From Moniliella sp. 'wahieum' (lineage: Eukaryota): a DNA stretch of 64,000 bases. The position numbers and the translations under genes are program-made. The notes under the pieces were generated by a model. It saw only the letters and a list, made by a program, of their open reading frames with translations. It ran no database searches and had not been told where the DNA came from. Shown piece after piece: positions 13,457 to 26,100 of the stretch (within the stretch, counting starts at the first letter, position 1; every line of letters begins with the position of its first letter). The stretch lies in the NCBI GenBank assembly GCA_003971905.1, contig RSEE01000029.1:558001-622000 (forward strand), given 5' to 3'.

Positions 13457-13759
13457 GGCGCGTGACGCAGCACGCAGCACGGGCGAGCGGCAGCGGTTCG
13501 AGGCACGAGAGGAGGTGGAGGCGGAGAAAGGAGAAGCACCGTCCAAAAGGGGGATCGATTACTAGCTGGCTGCCTGTATGCCTGCTGGGCAGCTGGTGGA
13601 CCGAACAGCGCGGCAGCCAGTGGTCAGCTGACCACCCGTCAAGCAGCTCGGCGAATACGTAAGCAGCAATAAGCCCCGCTGCACCCCAACGATCATCGAT
13701 CACCGATCAAGGTTCAACGTTCAACGTCCCATTATGATATGCAGTGTCCACATCACCAA

Positions 13760-13840
13760 GGACGGCTGGCGCAATGGTAGCGCGTCTGACTACGACTGGT
13801 TGTAATCAGGAGGTTGCAGGTTCGACCCCTGCGTCGTTCG
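13760..13840 (+). tRNA. tRNA-Arg, anticodon ACG, with 9-nt intron (13796-13804)
   Basis: Acceptor stem GGACGGC/GTCGTTC. D arm GCGC-AATGGTA-GCGC. Anticodon arm TCTGA-CT-ACG-A[CTGGTTGTA]A-TCAGG. T arm GCAGG-TTCGACC-CCTGC. Oligo-T Pol III terminator at ~13860-13865. Confidence 0.95.
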
Positions 13841-14051
13841 ACCCGACAAGGGCGTCCTATTTTTTGCTTTGCAATATTTTTCTCAGAACTCCATTTCATT
13901 TCGCATCATAACTTGGGCCGAAACCGAGACGCATGCTTCATCAGGTGTGCCTCTCGTCCACCAGGCTGCCTCATCCACTTGGCTTGCCCATCCAACCAAC
14001 CCGCGCTTGCCGCAGCCTACCACAGCTCACACCCCCTCAGTATCATTCCAT

Positions 14052-15009
14052 TCACTTTTGCAGCGCAAACACTGCCGTCCAGACATCAAGTGTGGCCACA
14101 GGCTCCCCCTTGGGAGGGGTGACCTTCTGGAGCGCTTCCAGCGCCTCCGCGTACAGCTTTTCCTGAGCGTCCCCTGCCTGCTCTGCTGCGGCACGGAGGG
14201 TACGCAAATGCGCCCTCGCAGTGCCCACTTCCCATAATCCGTCATTCAGGGCTGGGGAGGGTAGTACCTTTTGCCGAATGAGCTCGTACCCATTTTGCCG
14301 CATCAGCTTCACCACCTCAGGGACAGGCAGCACGGTGCGGATGTTGCCCTCCGGAATGGGGAAAGTGCGTTGGATATTGACAGCCATGCGATGGGCTGGA
14401 GCAGTGGAGCTTCCATCCAGGTCCCACTCCGCCAGACAAATGTATGGGACACCCTTATCTTTAGCGCTTGTGATCATGGCGCGCACCGCCTCCTCGTTGG
14501 CAAAGTACCAAAGAGAGTGCAGGAGGACCAACACATCCACTTCGGGAAGGGAGGGAAGAATGCTTGCGTCGCCCTGGTGAAACTCAAGGAAGGAGCCTAA
14601 GGGTCCACTGCGGAGATGGGCTTGTGCCTGTCCAAGGGTGAAGGGACTGCCATAGTCGAGCCTGAACAAAACAACGTCAGCGCCAGCGCTTACTAGTCTT
14701 GCCTTCTCACCATGAAGAAGACGTACGAGCCAGGGTCAATGCCATAAACTTTGCCCTGCCCCTTCTTGCTCATGATCGAGGCCAAGACGGCCGTTGCGTC
14801 ACCTTGTCCGCACCCAAGCTCGGCCACCCTCTGAAATTCAGCCTCGCCAAACTGATGGAGTGGGAAGGATCGGGGGTCAGCCAGGCACGCAGGATCTCGA
14901 TCCGCTCTTGAGTCTGACGGGCTTGCTCAGTCTTCCCTGATTCGTCAGGGAGGGCACACAGGCTGGCAATTGCCTGGGCGTCCAGGCTGTCAAGAAGGGG
15001 GATCGACAT
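14052..15009 (-). CDS. Class I SAM-dependent methyltransferase
   Basis: After an indel correction, motif I reads VAELGCGQGD, followed by VYGIDPG|SLDYGSPFTLGQAQ, LHSLWYF, ICLAEW and DGLWEVG. Intron 14662-14726. Confidence 0.85.
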
Positions 15010-15577
15010 CGTGGAAGTTAAGAGCTAACTTTGGCGCCATTCCCCGAATGGGGGAGCCTTTATATCGAAGCGTTGGTGTGGCTATCACATCACACGGTTC
15101 CCAGAGCGCACGCGTTCACGGCCATAAGCTACTAGTCACTAGGTAGCTCTAGTCGACAATCGATAAATGTCGAATGTTCAACGTTCAACGTGTTCAATTA
15201 CTTAACGTGCAATTTCGTCCAATAGATTTGAACTACAATAGACTCGAACGCACTCATTCGAGTCATTCAAGTCGCAACAGCACCGCATGGTATAACCACC
15301 GCCATTCAATATTCACGACAACCCACATGAGCGATTGAGCAAGCTATCGGCTGCCATTGGGGGTCCATTTCCCTGTTCCTTGTGGTCGCCAGTAGTATAG
15401 GCATGTCCTTGTTCTTTCAATAAGGTATTAACTTGTCCAACTCATGGGCGACTGCGGGCGTGCCAGCCTGCGCCAGCCCGGACGAGAGCCTGCTGAACCA
15501 CCGCGGGTGGCTCTCGTGTGTTTTGGCCAACATCCCTTCAGTCTCTCCAGGTCCCTCCTGAACCTCAGGCCTCGCAG

Positions 15578-15638
15578 TTCCGTTGTTTTCTCGCTTCCGT
15601 TTTCGGAGTTCCGTTGTTTTCTCGCTTCTGTTTTCCGC
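15578..15638. repeat. ~31-bp imperfect direct repeat x2
   Basis: ttccgttgttttctcgcttccgttttcggag followed by ttccgttgttttctcgcttctgttttccgc. Confidence 0.8.
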
Positions 15639-16135
15639 AACCTAGCCCGGCCTAACCGCCTAACCCCTGGTGACCACTGGCTGCTTCTTGTTTCTCTGTA
15701 GGCAGTGTTGGTTGGCTTGGATTACCGCCACCACCACCACTAGTGGGATTGCATCACCCTCGAGGATCATCAGGACTCTAGGTCTCATCAGTACCATCAG
15801 TGCCGATACGCCCCCCGTGCCATCGTCTCTCTTGTGTATTGAGTTCAATGCCATGTCTACGGCAAGAGCGGGTTGGCCGTCTAACTGTTGAGCCTCAACA
15901 GCATTGTATAACTCAGGTACGCATTACGTTCCCAAAAACTATGACAAAGTGCCTGAAGCACACGACAGTCTGTAGGCTGAATGAGAGCCATAGAAGCAAT
16001 ATGCGTCAATGATCCTTGGCGGACCAAGGTTTTGGGTGTACAGGGAGCACCGCTGATGCTCAGAACGCCCACTCAAGGAGGCTACTTGAAGTAGAGCACC
16101 TCCAGACCAGAGGGGCAGGAATGGTTGAGTCCAAC

Positions 16136-16568
16136 TTAGTTCTTCGGGGCGATCTCCGAGACCTCGAGGCCGGGGGGAAGGGACTGCTTGAGCTTGGCAG
16201 CCATCTCGGCGTCCTTGAGAACAAGAGTGTAGAGGTTCTTGCTGGTGCGGAGCTTGAACTTGTAGACCTTGTTGTCCCCTTCTTGCTCTTCTTGCCCTTC
16301 TTAGCGACAACGGAGGGCTTGACCACAGAAGTCTTCAGGCGCGCCGCAGTCGCATCCTTGCGGCGGGCGAACTCGAGGAACTGCTTGATCTCAGTGATTT
16401 GCTTGGGCTGGAATCGAAGAGTAAGTCAGTACACCGCTAGCGGCCTGGTACATATCCCGGGCCAAAACAACACCTCTCCCTGATGAGAATTGCCCTCAGT
16501 GGGATAAGGTAGGGAGAGCGCAGGGATGAAGCAGCTGTGAGCAGCAGGGGCATGCGCGTACTCACCAT
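16136..16568 (-). CDS. RPL38: 60S ribosomal protein eL38
   Basis: ATG-only exon 1 (16566-16568) and intron 16408-16565. Exon 2 reads [25 protein letters not shown]...[37 protein letters not shown]. One apparent indel near 16275. Confidence 0.95.
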
Positions 16569-16945
16569 CGCGAGTAGTGTCCGAGTACTTGGCAACAAGC
16601 AAGCTGGGCCGCGCCAACTTCCTAGCAACGGCTTCGAGTGTTAACCCTACAGTGACCTAGGCGACGCCCAACCCTATCGTTTTCCTGGCGCAATAAAACG
16701 GATACCGCCAAGAGTGAAATGTTGCATTCGCTTTGCCACGGCCCGGTTTACCCCACCTTCCCTCCCCCCTATGGATCCGTCTACATCACTTGCACGAGGA
16801 TAGCCGCAGCGGTAAGGTGGCGCGGCACGTCTACGCTTCTTCCCGCGCGGTATGATACAGATGGGGCTCTATTTTCCAGATGATGAATGATGCATGATGG
16901 GAAGGGGGCACCAAGAATCGCATGCTGCCACCCGTAATTTTGACA

Positions 16946-18725
16946 TCACCTTTGCTGTCGAAGTATGAGACAAGCGAGCAAGCCGAGGCCTGCCGCACCC
17001 ACAACCCACCCAGGGTTAAAGCCAGTCGATGACTTGGTAGTGGGAGGCTCGGCTCGCTCAGACATTGCGGGCGAGGCCGGCCGGGTAAGGTGGGAAAGCA
17101 AGGTGGCATGCTGGTTAGATAAGAGCTGCCAACGTAGATCTTGTGCCTGCTCCCAGTCCTTGTGCGCAGCGGCGTCCGACGCTAGCATGGCCTCCAGTTG
17201 GGTCAGACGCACAGCAAAGTCATCCTCGTCACCCTTGTTCGCTGCATGTCCATCTGCCCGGCCATTGGATACGCCATTGGACGGAAGCAAAAGAGCTTCT
17301 AGCGCGCTCAATCGTAGCTCAAAATCCGACGGTTCCGTGGCATCCCTTTCTGGTTCCATATGCCCATTGAGTCTTGGTTCAGGTTCAGAGGTTTCAATGA
17401 AAGTATCCTCACTGGCAATGCTTGCATCATCCCCCCCGTCGTCCTTAGGAAGAGACTCGATATACTGACGCAACTCTGCCAGGTCGGATTGAAGGCGTTC
17501 CTGCTGCTCCACGGTCGAGTCAAGAATGCGCATCCTCTCGCTCTGGGCCTGGAGGGCGGTCTGCACAGCCTGTAAAGTCTTCTGCGCCCAACACCTCGCT
17601 CGAGACTTCGCTTGCCTGGGGTGAGGGGACAGACCGTGCCTCGTGTTCCGGCGCAACCGATTGGTGCGCCTGCCAACCCAGAGCGGGCCTGGTTGATCAC
17701 TGCCCCAGTTTTGCGACTTTGTTGGATCTCGCTTTGGAGTCGCACAAGGAGTCGGTCAAACGACATGGTCGCCTGCCCCCCTCCCGGCCTAACAGATTGC
17801 CGTGGGTTGCCACCCACAGCATTGGCGCATGTACATCGGCGGTCCCTCGGACGAAGGGCCGATCCCGATCCCTACACCGCCCATACCGCCAACACTCCCA
17901 TCCGAAGTATCCGTTGCGCCGGTTTGAGCGGCTACCAAGGCTGGCGGAGGACGACCGCCATGGTAGATCCGGCCAAAGTCAGAGCGAGCCAGAAGCGCCT
18001 CCTCCGCTGTGGAGAGTATCTGGACCTTGCAAGATACCTTGTGGTGGAGGATGGTGTGGTTATCCTCGCCAGCAATGTCGATTCCGAACTCGACCAAGTC
18101 ATCCGAATGGAGCGGGAAGGCATTACTCTCTTGGCCATCGCCACTCAGGCGCTCGCCATTAAGGAACGTGCCATTTGAGGACTTGATATCTTTGATCCAT
18201 ACCTACGCACCGTGTCAGCAATCTTTTAAGGAAAGGCGGAGGAGCAGGACGAACTTGGTCATTCTCCAGCCAGATCTCAGCATGCATCCGACTCAGCACC
18301 TTGGAGTCAAAGTACCCATTGGTAGGCGATGGGGAAGTTTTGTTGTTGGTTTGCCGGCCAATCCGGATTCGCCCGTTCCCGAGAGCAATCTGTTTGGGAA
18401 AGAAGCTGTCGTCTACCGAGAAGAGATGGAGAGCGGGGTAGATGAGCTCGTCGGGATAGGGATAGGCGGGGTTGGGCTGGCTTGTCGGTGGTCGAGGGCT
18501 TGCGGAGGACTCGGACGCTGGTTGGATGCGTGTTTGCTGCCGCAAGTCGGGTTGAATGGACGCCACTGGCGCAGATGATGGCGTTTGAAGGGCAGCGTAA
18601 GTTCGTTGTGCCAGAGGCAATGGTCGTGGTTGGGGCTGCGGATGTGATTGCTGTGGGGCGGGGGCGGGAGGGGGGCATGTTTCATCAGTTGGTGGAGGGG
18701 AGGGGGAAGGGTCTGCGGAGGGCAT
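16946..18725 (-). CDS. FHA-domain tail-anchored protein (Vps64/Far9/Far10, SLMAP-like STRIPAK subunit)
   Basis: FHA core IGRQTNNKTSPSPTNGYFDSKVLSRMHAEIW|..VWIKDIKSSNGT and VEFGIDIAGEDNHTILHHKVSCKV, then MSFDRLLVRLQSEIQQSR, a coiled coil and a C-terminal TM (GWVVGAAGLGLLACLIL). Start codon uncertain. Confidence 0.88.
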
Positions 18726-19809
18726 AGGTGGTGGAGAACGCGGAGGGTACGCAGTGGTGTCAGAACCTAGTGGCGCTCTGACTGTGTTTGGGGGGGAGCG
18801 GAGGCAGCAGCGACGACTGGGGGGGGGAGAGCGCATCAGAGGTTGCTGGGCCTGGGACGGGGGGAGTGAGGAGAGCGGGCATGGCATGTCCGCTTGCTGA
18901 GCGCTGGTTATGTTCGGGAAGACGAGAAGAAGAAACGTGAATGTGGTGGTGTGTATGGGCGGCAAGTGTGGTGACGTCGGAGGGGCGGTTCGGCGGGGCG
19001 TGGGTTCAAACCAGGTCAATGTGGTGGTAGCTGGGCAAACACCGCTGGCTAGGCTACACCCTGGAGCTTGGCTTGCATGCTGACGCGTGAAACAGATTAG
19101 GTAAGCTGCTAGGACGTCGTCTGTGTACCAGTCGCGTGTTCGGTGATGAGTGAGTGATGTGGATCGCGTAATGAGGCGCCTTAGCTGAATAGGCAAGTCA
19201 GTCTGACGCACCTTTGGTAGACGAACATGGGGCTTTCGGTCCCAGTCTGGGTCTGTGGGGCGGGTCAGTACTAGAGCATACTAGCGCGGGCGCAGAACGT
19301 ACCCAGCAGTAGCCATTCTCGTAGGTGTACAGCACGACGAACGAGGCCGTGGCAATAATAGACTGAGCTTTTGGGGATCGTGCTTGCGAACAACCTCCTC
19401 ATTTAGCCTTCGCCGAGCTTTCTCGTCCATCACGTTGGTTAACCGGTTGGGGGTTGGACGAACCACAGTCATTACCCAAAATGTGTCCCAGCTCAAAGTG
19501 CCTGGGGCCTGAGGCTCAGGCCTGAGGGCCTGGGAGCCAAACGATCTGTCCTGAATATATATGGACACTTATACCACTGGGGACACATACCCTGTTCCGC
19601 TTTGTTCCGCTGTCGGGGCTCCTGACGCAGGGAGGGTAGGGCTACGCAGGTCCTATCTGGTAGCTGGATTAAAGCGCATTCAATGTTCATTGACTAGTTG
19701 TGGTTGTCGGTCAGGCCGGCCAGGTCGATCGTTGGGCGGTTATGCATTATGGTCCCCAGCTTTAACCCTCCTCGTTCCACCATCGCTCAGCGCATCCAAC
19801 GTGAGCCAC

Positions 19810-22800
19810 ATGCCACCCACACCACCCTCTGCCACTGTCAACGCACTGCGCGCCATCCCGCGCGCCCAGCAGAGCGCCCAACATGGCGAACTTGTCCGCT
19901 CGTTTCAAGCTTTGGTATGTATGCAACATAGCCACTGTTACTCTTCTCCATTTTTCTCGCCAACATGGCATGCATGCTGACCTATGATCCCCTTCCCGGT
20001 ATCTGTATGTCCCCTAGCTTACTCTAACTCCCGTCAAAACGAGTAGAGAAGAAGTCTCACGACTAACTAACCCGCAGCTCCAAAAGCAAGGTGCGGATGA
20101 CCAGTTCGGCGAGGCCCTCGTGCACTCCCTCGTCACCAGCATGGGCGCGTACCTTCCCGCCGTCGTATGCCTGGGAGAGTTTATCCTTGAGCGCAAATTA
20201 AAGGCCACATGGAACGCTTGTCAGCGATCCCGCATGTCTGCCAAGCCTCTAGAGCATGTGCTCCCCCCTCATCCGCGTTTCCAATTTATGCGATGGATGT
20301 ATAGGCTGACCTCCTGAGAAGTCCTGTACAGCCCGAGTTTTATGCATGGCAGATGCTCCTTCGTATCCTGCAAAACAAGACGCTTGATGCTCTAGATGAG
20401 ATTCAGGACAAAGCACCACCATCAGTCCAAGGTGAGTTGCTATCCTTCTTTGGTCATTTCGGTGTTAAGCTCAACAGCTGACTTTTCTGCCATCATTACA
20501 TGTATAGTCCGGACCATTATCCTCACCACATTTCTCCCGCATGTAGTTCAAATTCTGCGGGTCGCCTCCGAGTACCCACATCTTATTACAACCCGGACGA
20601 CAGAAACAGTATGTTCATCTATGCACACAATACTCGGCATCTGTCTAACGAAACACTAGTGCGCCATGTCATGCATGGACCTTATGCGAGCTTTTGGAAG
20701 TAAGCAACCGTCTCAGATGGCCTCCAGGGTACTCAACCCGTGCGTATCCCTCCATGTTCTTATCAGAGCACTATTGCTATACTAATGCTGCCCATCAGAC
20801 CTGCCCTGGGGCGTCTTTTGCTGCACTGCAAGGATTTGAGTGCACTGAAGCATTTGGTGGCCATCACTCACTTTCTTCGCCCTGAGAAGAAGGATGATTG
20901 GCCACAGTACTTTCGCGATGTTTTCATTCTGGGAGGGAGGTAGTTTTCCTCTTACTCTTGGATTCCAAAGGGGACTTTTGGTGCCTCTTTCTGGAGAGGG
21001 GACGCTCGGCCTTCATTTGAAAAACAGTACGAGGAAAGCCAACGCATGCATCGCAATCCTCAATTCCCTAAAGTCCAACGAAAAGAGTTTTGAGCAGGCT
21101 GCACTCCAGCTGGCTCTAGAGTTTACAGACATTGGCGAAGGCCGGCCATTGTGCACTAGCATTGAGCACCACGGCCAACAGGGGGTCCAAAAGGGGGTCC
21201 TGTGGGTGCAAGAGAGCGGCCCACTCCTTGTTCTGGGTACAGGCGAAACGAGCCAGGTTTACTCCACGACTTGGGAAGGGGTCAAAGGCATCACATTTGG
21301 CACAACACTAGAGTTTACATCCCTCCCTTGGACGGGATGGGGGGAGGTTTCGCCACTCCAAGTTGGAAGTATTATGATGTTGAACAGGGAGGAGACGCGT
21401 CAAGCGCTCCAGTCATTCCAATCCCCTCGCCGTCTTCTTCGACCTAATGGAGGAATTGTGCGTACATTCCTTCCTAATGGATCCGATAGTCCAAATGCAC
21501 TTAAAAGTGAAGTCCCTCTCAAAAGTGCTACGCCTCTCAAGAAAACTCAACCTAGCGACCCCTGGGGACCCACTCTCCTCCCTAGTCACCAGGGGTCCAT
21601 GATTCCGGAACTCCATCTGTACCCATTGGATTTGGATATGTCTCCACTTCCTAGCCCGCACAGCTCTCCACGCAAACAACAGCTCCCCTTTAGTCCAACG
21701 CTGAAGGGATGGACAACAACCATGTTACCAAGGACCAAACCCCCAAGAATGCGCCCTTGAATGCAGTTGATGTGGCGGCAAAGCTTATAAAGACGGCCGA
21801 AGTGCAGGTGGCCACCACCATGCCCAACATGGTATCCGATGACCCCATTTCTACCTTCAATAAATCTCGGAGCATGTCACGAGAGAAGTCAGGGTCGGGT
21901 GACACGGATGAAACCCAAGTCCATCAGCCTGGCTCCTCCCCGTACAAAGCCACGGTAGATCCGAGGGTCGATATTACTTATCCTTCGCCTAAGGGTCCTC
22001 CCCCCCGGCCTTGTCCAAGCGCCCTGCGGAAGAGTCTTTCTCTCCGCGTGGGAAACACCCACGCGGACCTCTAGTACCAATTTCGAAGATTTTAGACCCC
22101 GAAACCATCCGGAAGATGCAGGTTCCTGCAATGAGGGAATCCTCGATTTCTGCGAACCATGCTCTCCCAAACCACCCTGCTCTCCCAACCCACCCTGCAC
22201 CCGTTATGCCCCAGAGTGACGTTCCCAGTCCCCGGGTGCCTCGCGGTCCTGAGAGAAAAGAGCTGCCTGCGTGGCATGAGTCTTTCAACATGCTCACCTC
22301 CCTGCAGCATTCATCATCAGCAAACTTGCACGTCCAGCCTTCCGCGGGGAAGAGATGGGTGATTCCACGGCAAGAGACGGCTACTGGAGGCTTGGTTTCT
22401 CCGTGGAACCATACGCGGGAGACAGGGGACACGGGGCAGTTTCCGGGACTGCATCGTGTGCTGTTCGTTGCTGCAGAGGTACGTTTTTCTGATTATTTCC
22501 TCTTGCATAACAAGCGCCCATATTAGGGAAGAAAGTATGTGGGTACTGACAGACAGAAACAGAGCATGTACACGTATCTTGAGGACAAGATCACATTGCG
22601 GAAGAAACACGTCCGCACTCTTTTGGAGCAGATGAATGCTTCTGTCGCACAAGAGATGAGCAAGGTGCAGAGTCTAGTGTGCGTATCCACTTCTGTTATG
22701 CCTGGAAATACCTCTGACCTATGAAGGGGATATGTGGAGGGTTTAATAGGCACGAGGCGTATCTTGCTTCCCACCGTCTAAGTCAAGTGGCAGAACAGGT

Positions 22801-22909
22801 GAACGCATCACGCCAACACACGTCCTCAGATTCGACACTCCAAATGGGACAGCTCTGTGGGCAATTGGAGAGCTGGATGGAGCGCGAGCGCCGGGCACTA
22901 CGTGAGTGA
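19810..22909 (+). CDS. Multi-exon hypothetical protein with Ser/Pro-rich middle and C-terminal helical/coiled-coil segment
   Basis: Canonical donors (GTATGT 19915, GTGAGT 20432, GTAAGC 20700, GTACGT 22479) with CTRAC branch points, and consecutive + strand ORFs 20894..21760, 21709..22074, 22011..22526, 22539..22724 and 22721..22909. Exact model uncertain. Confidence 0.55.
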
Positions 22910-23913
22910 GAAGGACTTTTGCCTAATAGTGGCGCACAAGCAAATCTCCCTGATAGGAGGAGAACTACTGTCTTCGCTTCTCTGTAGTGGTTTCAAGCAA
23001 CATTAACAAACACAAACCCGATACCGATAATACATTGAGTCAAAATGGGTGTCACCGCACAGCTATAGGGAGATCTTCTATAGCCCATCGCATCCTATTT
23101 TTCAGGGCGATTGTAAGTCTGGGGCCATCGTTGTATTTGGTGTTGGAAACGCCTGTGAGAGAGAGAAAGGGGGCGGATTATACACATAAATATAGAGGCT
23201 TTTGCGGCCGAAGAAATACGAAGTTGCTAATGGCTAACAGTGTCCTGTAGAGGACCTGTGAGTGGATTAAAAGGAGCAACATGAAATTCCCCGTTACAAG
23301 CATACCGTTCCACCCCTGTGGCAAGGAGATGGAAACAATACATCGTAGGGAGAGCGTGTTCTTTATCATGATCTCTCACTGTGCTCACCCACACGGGGTT
23401 GGTGGTACAGGTGCCCAAAGTGATGAAGAACATTTTGCTCTGACCCAGAGAGAGAAAGTGGGGCATTTGTGGTGGAGATACCATATGCATGACGGTTGGT
23501 TACTGTAGAAACCTCCACATAGCTGATGGGTTGGACTCTGGGGATGGATACCGTGGTGAATCCGGGAGACCCCTCAGCGCCTTAGCCCTCTCCCCTCGCT
23601 GAAGCTTGAAGCCCTGAGACTCGGGCCTCAGGCCCAGGATTGGGGCACGTGACCAAGTGGGGCGAGTGAGCCACTGCGGGCACTCACTACACCGCAGATT
23701 CAGCGTGGCTAGTAACGGCGTACTTACATCATCAATGCCATCTCCGAGAGTTCAGGTTCAGGGTTAACGTTGTTCAGCTTGCATGTGGCAGCTTGCGGCT
23801 GAGGTTAGCCAGGCAGATCTGCCAAAAGTCGCGCTCCTCTCTCGTCTTGCCTCCCTTCCACCACCATTCACCCCTTGCCCCAACCCCTTCGTCCATCGTC
23901 TCCCACCTCCACC

Positions 23914-24974
23914 ATGGCCAGCAAAGCAGCTGCCAAGCGTGTATGTTACCGTCTTTGTCTCTTCTTGCGACCTGACCGCTGAGCTGACCCCCGCCCCGCC
24001 AACCAGCTCGGCAAGGAGACCATCAACATGGAAACCGACCCCCCGCCCTACTGTTACGCCCGTCCCCGCGAGGATAATGTTCTCGAGTGGCACTTTATTC
24101 TCCGTGGCCCCCCCGATACCCCTATGAAGGAGGGGAGTACTGGGGTCAGCTTCTGTTCCCGAGCGACTACCCCTTCAAGCCTCCGTATGTATGCCCCCTT
24201 CCCCCCTGGCGATGTTTAGCTGACCACGGCTGTGACAGAGGCATCAAGGTCCAGACCCCAGTGGCCGTTTCAGTCCTAACACCAAGATCTGCACTTCGAT
24301 GAGCGACTTCCACCCGGCAGTTGGAACCCAAGCTGGAGTGTGACCAACATGTACGCTTCCCCCTTCCTCCTCCCCCTCCCTATCCTACCCCTTGTGCGGA
24401 CTAACATTGACTCGCGTTAGTCTCGTGGGCCTGCTATCGTTCATGACAGGCGAAGAGATGACGACTGGAAGTGTTTCGGCCAGTGCGGCCGACCGAAGGG
24501 CGTATGCACTTGCCTCGCATGCCTGGAACATTAAGCAACGCAAATTTGTCGCCCTATTTCCCGAGTACGCCCACGCTACCGCTACACCCCTGCCCAACAT
24601 GGGTCAGCGCCCCGCTCTTCCGCCGGCCAACCCTGAGCCAGCTCCTTCGGCCGAGGCTGCTGCCACGACTACCTCGACTGTTTCGCTGCTTCGACCGCTT
24701 CTGTTGCAGCACCCTCTATCGACCCTACGCCTACCGGCTCCACGGAGGAGGAGCGACCTTTGACGGGGATTGCGGCACGGCGAGCCAATCGGAAAGCCAA
24801 CCGGGGAGGCAAGGTAAATGAACTTCCGGGTACGCCCCCCCACGGGGACTACTAAACACGTTGTTCAGTCTTGGTCAACGCAAGTTGGCCTTTGCTGCGG
24901 CGGTGGTGGCGTACCTGTTTCTTAGTCGACTGGCAAGTCGGGTCGGGTCGTATGCTGACGCTCCCACCGCTTGA
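23914..24974 (+). CDS. UBC6: ER ubiquitin-conjugating enzyme E2 (Ubc6/UBE2J2)
   Basis: MASKAAAKR|LGKE, PPPYCYARPREDNVLEWHFILRGPPDTP, YEGGEYWGQLLFPSDYPFKPP, TKICTSMSDFHP..WNPSWSV, LVGLLSFM and a C-terminal TM. Four short introns. Confidence 0.95.
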
Positions 24975-26100
24975 TTAGTGATTTGTGCCCTCCTAGCCAC
25001 CTGGCCACTTTGGTCATGGGCAAACGTGTGGACCCCCTCGTTTCTCTTCAACGTACCTTTATTGTATCAAGTAAATGTGCGCAGTCAATATAGGGTAGAA
25101 GTGTGGCGAAAGGCTAGAAGGGCTGAATGGCTTCGACGCCGAGACGGAGGTTTTGACATGTGCAAATCCATCTCCCGATCCGCCCCTCGTGACTAGTGAC
25201 TGCTGTTCCTCATCCTTATTTCCGATGTCGAGTCACTCTCCCTGTTTCTGTGTCGTTCCGGTACCTCCCAGACATCGGCTCTGGGGTTGGGGTTGTGGGG
25301 GGGGGGCGCTTGGCTTGACCCTCCTTGGTTTCAGCTAGATTCAGGTGAGCTTGGGCGTGACCTCCTCCTCCTCTCTGTTTCCATCTCCTGATCATAAACA
25401 CCCATGAGGCTCTGTCGTTCCTCAGGTGCTGGTGCCGCGCGGGCTCTGCTCCACGCCGGGACGCCAATCCACATCTTGGCTGAATATGGTGGGCGCTTGC
25501 GACTGGAGCCTTCAAGTCGTCCACGTCTTGACTTACAGCTGTCGCATCAGGAAGGGATGCCTTGAATCAAGGTAGTACTTTGAGGATTGCTTGTTACATG
25601 TTACTGGAACAACGGACGAAAGATCATTGAAGTTCATTGCCACACAGGGCATCGCCACAGAGTCCCTATAGCTACGGCCTGCTACGGCTCTGGACCGACC
25701 AGCCATTGACGATGGCTTGCAGTTTGATCCGCTGTTTCCTGCAGTCATGATGATGCGTTACTTGCATGCTATAGGTTCCAACCACTTAACCGCGCGTTTT
25801 GGCTGGTTTGAGACGGCTGCTGGCGAAGCCCAACCAGGTGCTCCCGTATGCTCCCCGAAGCGTTCATCGAAGCCAGGCAAGTATGAGAGGGGAATGGGGA
25901 AGGGCAAGGGCAGAAAGGAGGAGTATAGCCGATGCAACAAGATCGAACCGGGCATCGAATATTAATCTTGAATCTTGACCCTACTACTAGTAGACGCTGG
26001 ACGCTGGGGGCTCGATGCTCCGGATGATTGTACGTCACACTTGTTGTCACATGTTCTTCGATCTTCTGTGGCCCTGCTGCCTCAGCTGATGGCCTTGGAC

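Noticed and set aside
15115..15130. 5S rRNA start-like sequence (CACGGCCATA)
   Set aside because: Similarity stops after about 10 nt and no other 5S features follow.
19143..19206. Possible C/D snoRNA (GTGATGA ... CTGA)
   Set aside because: No convincing terminal stem and no rRNA-complementary guide that I can recognise. The boxes are short and can occur by chance.
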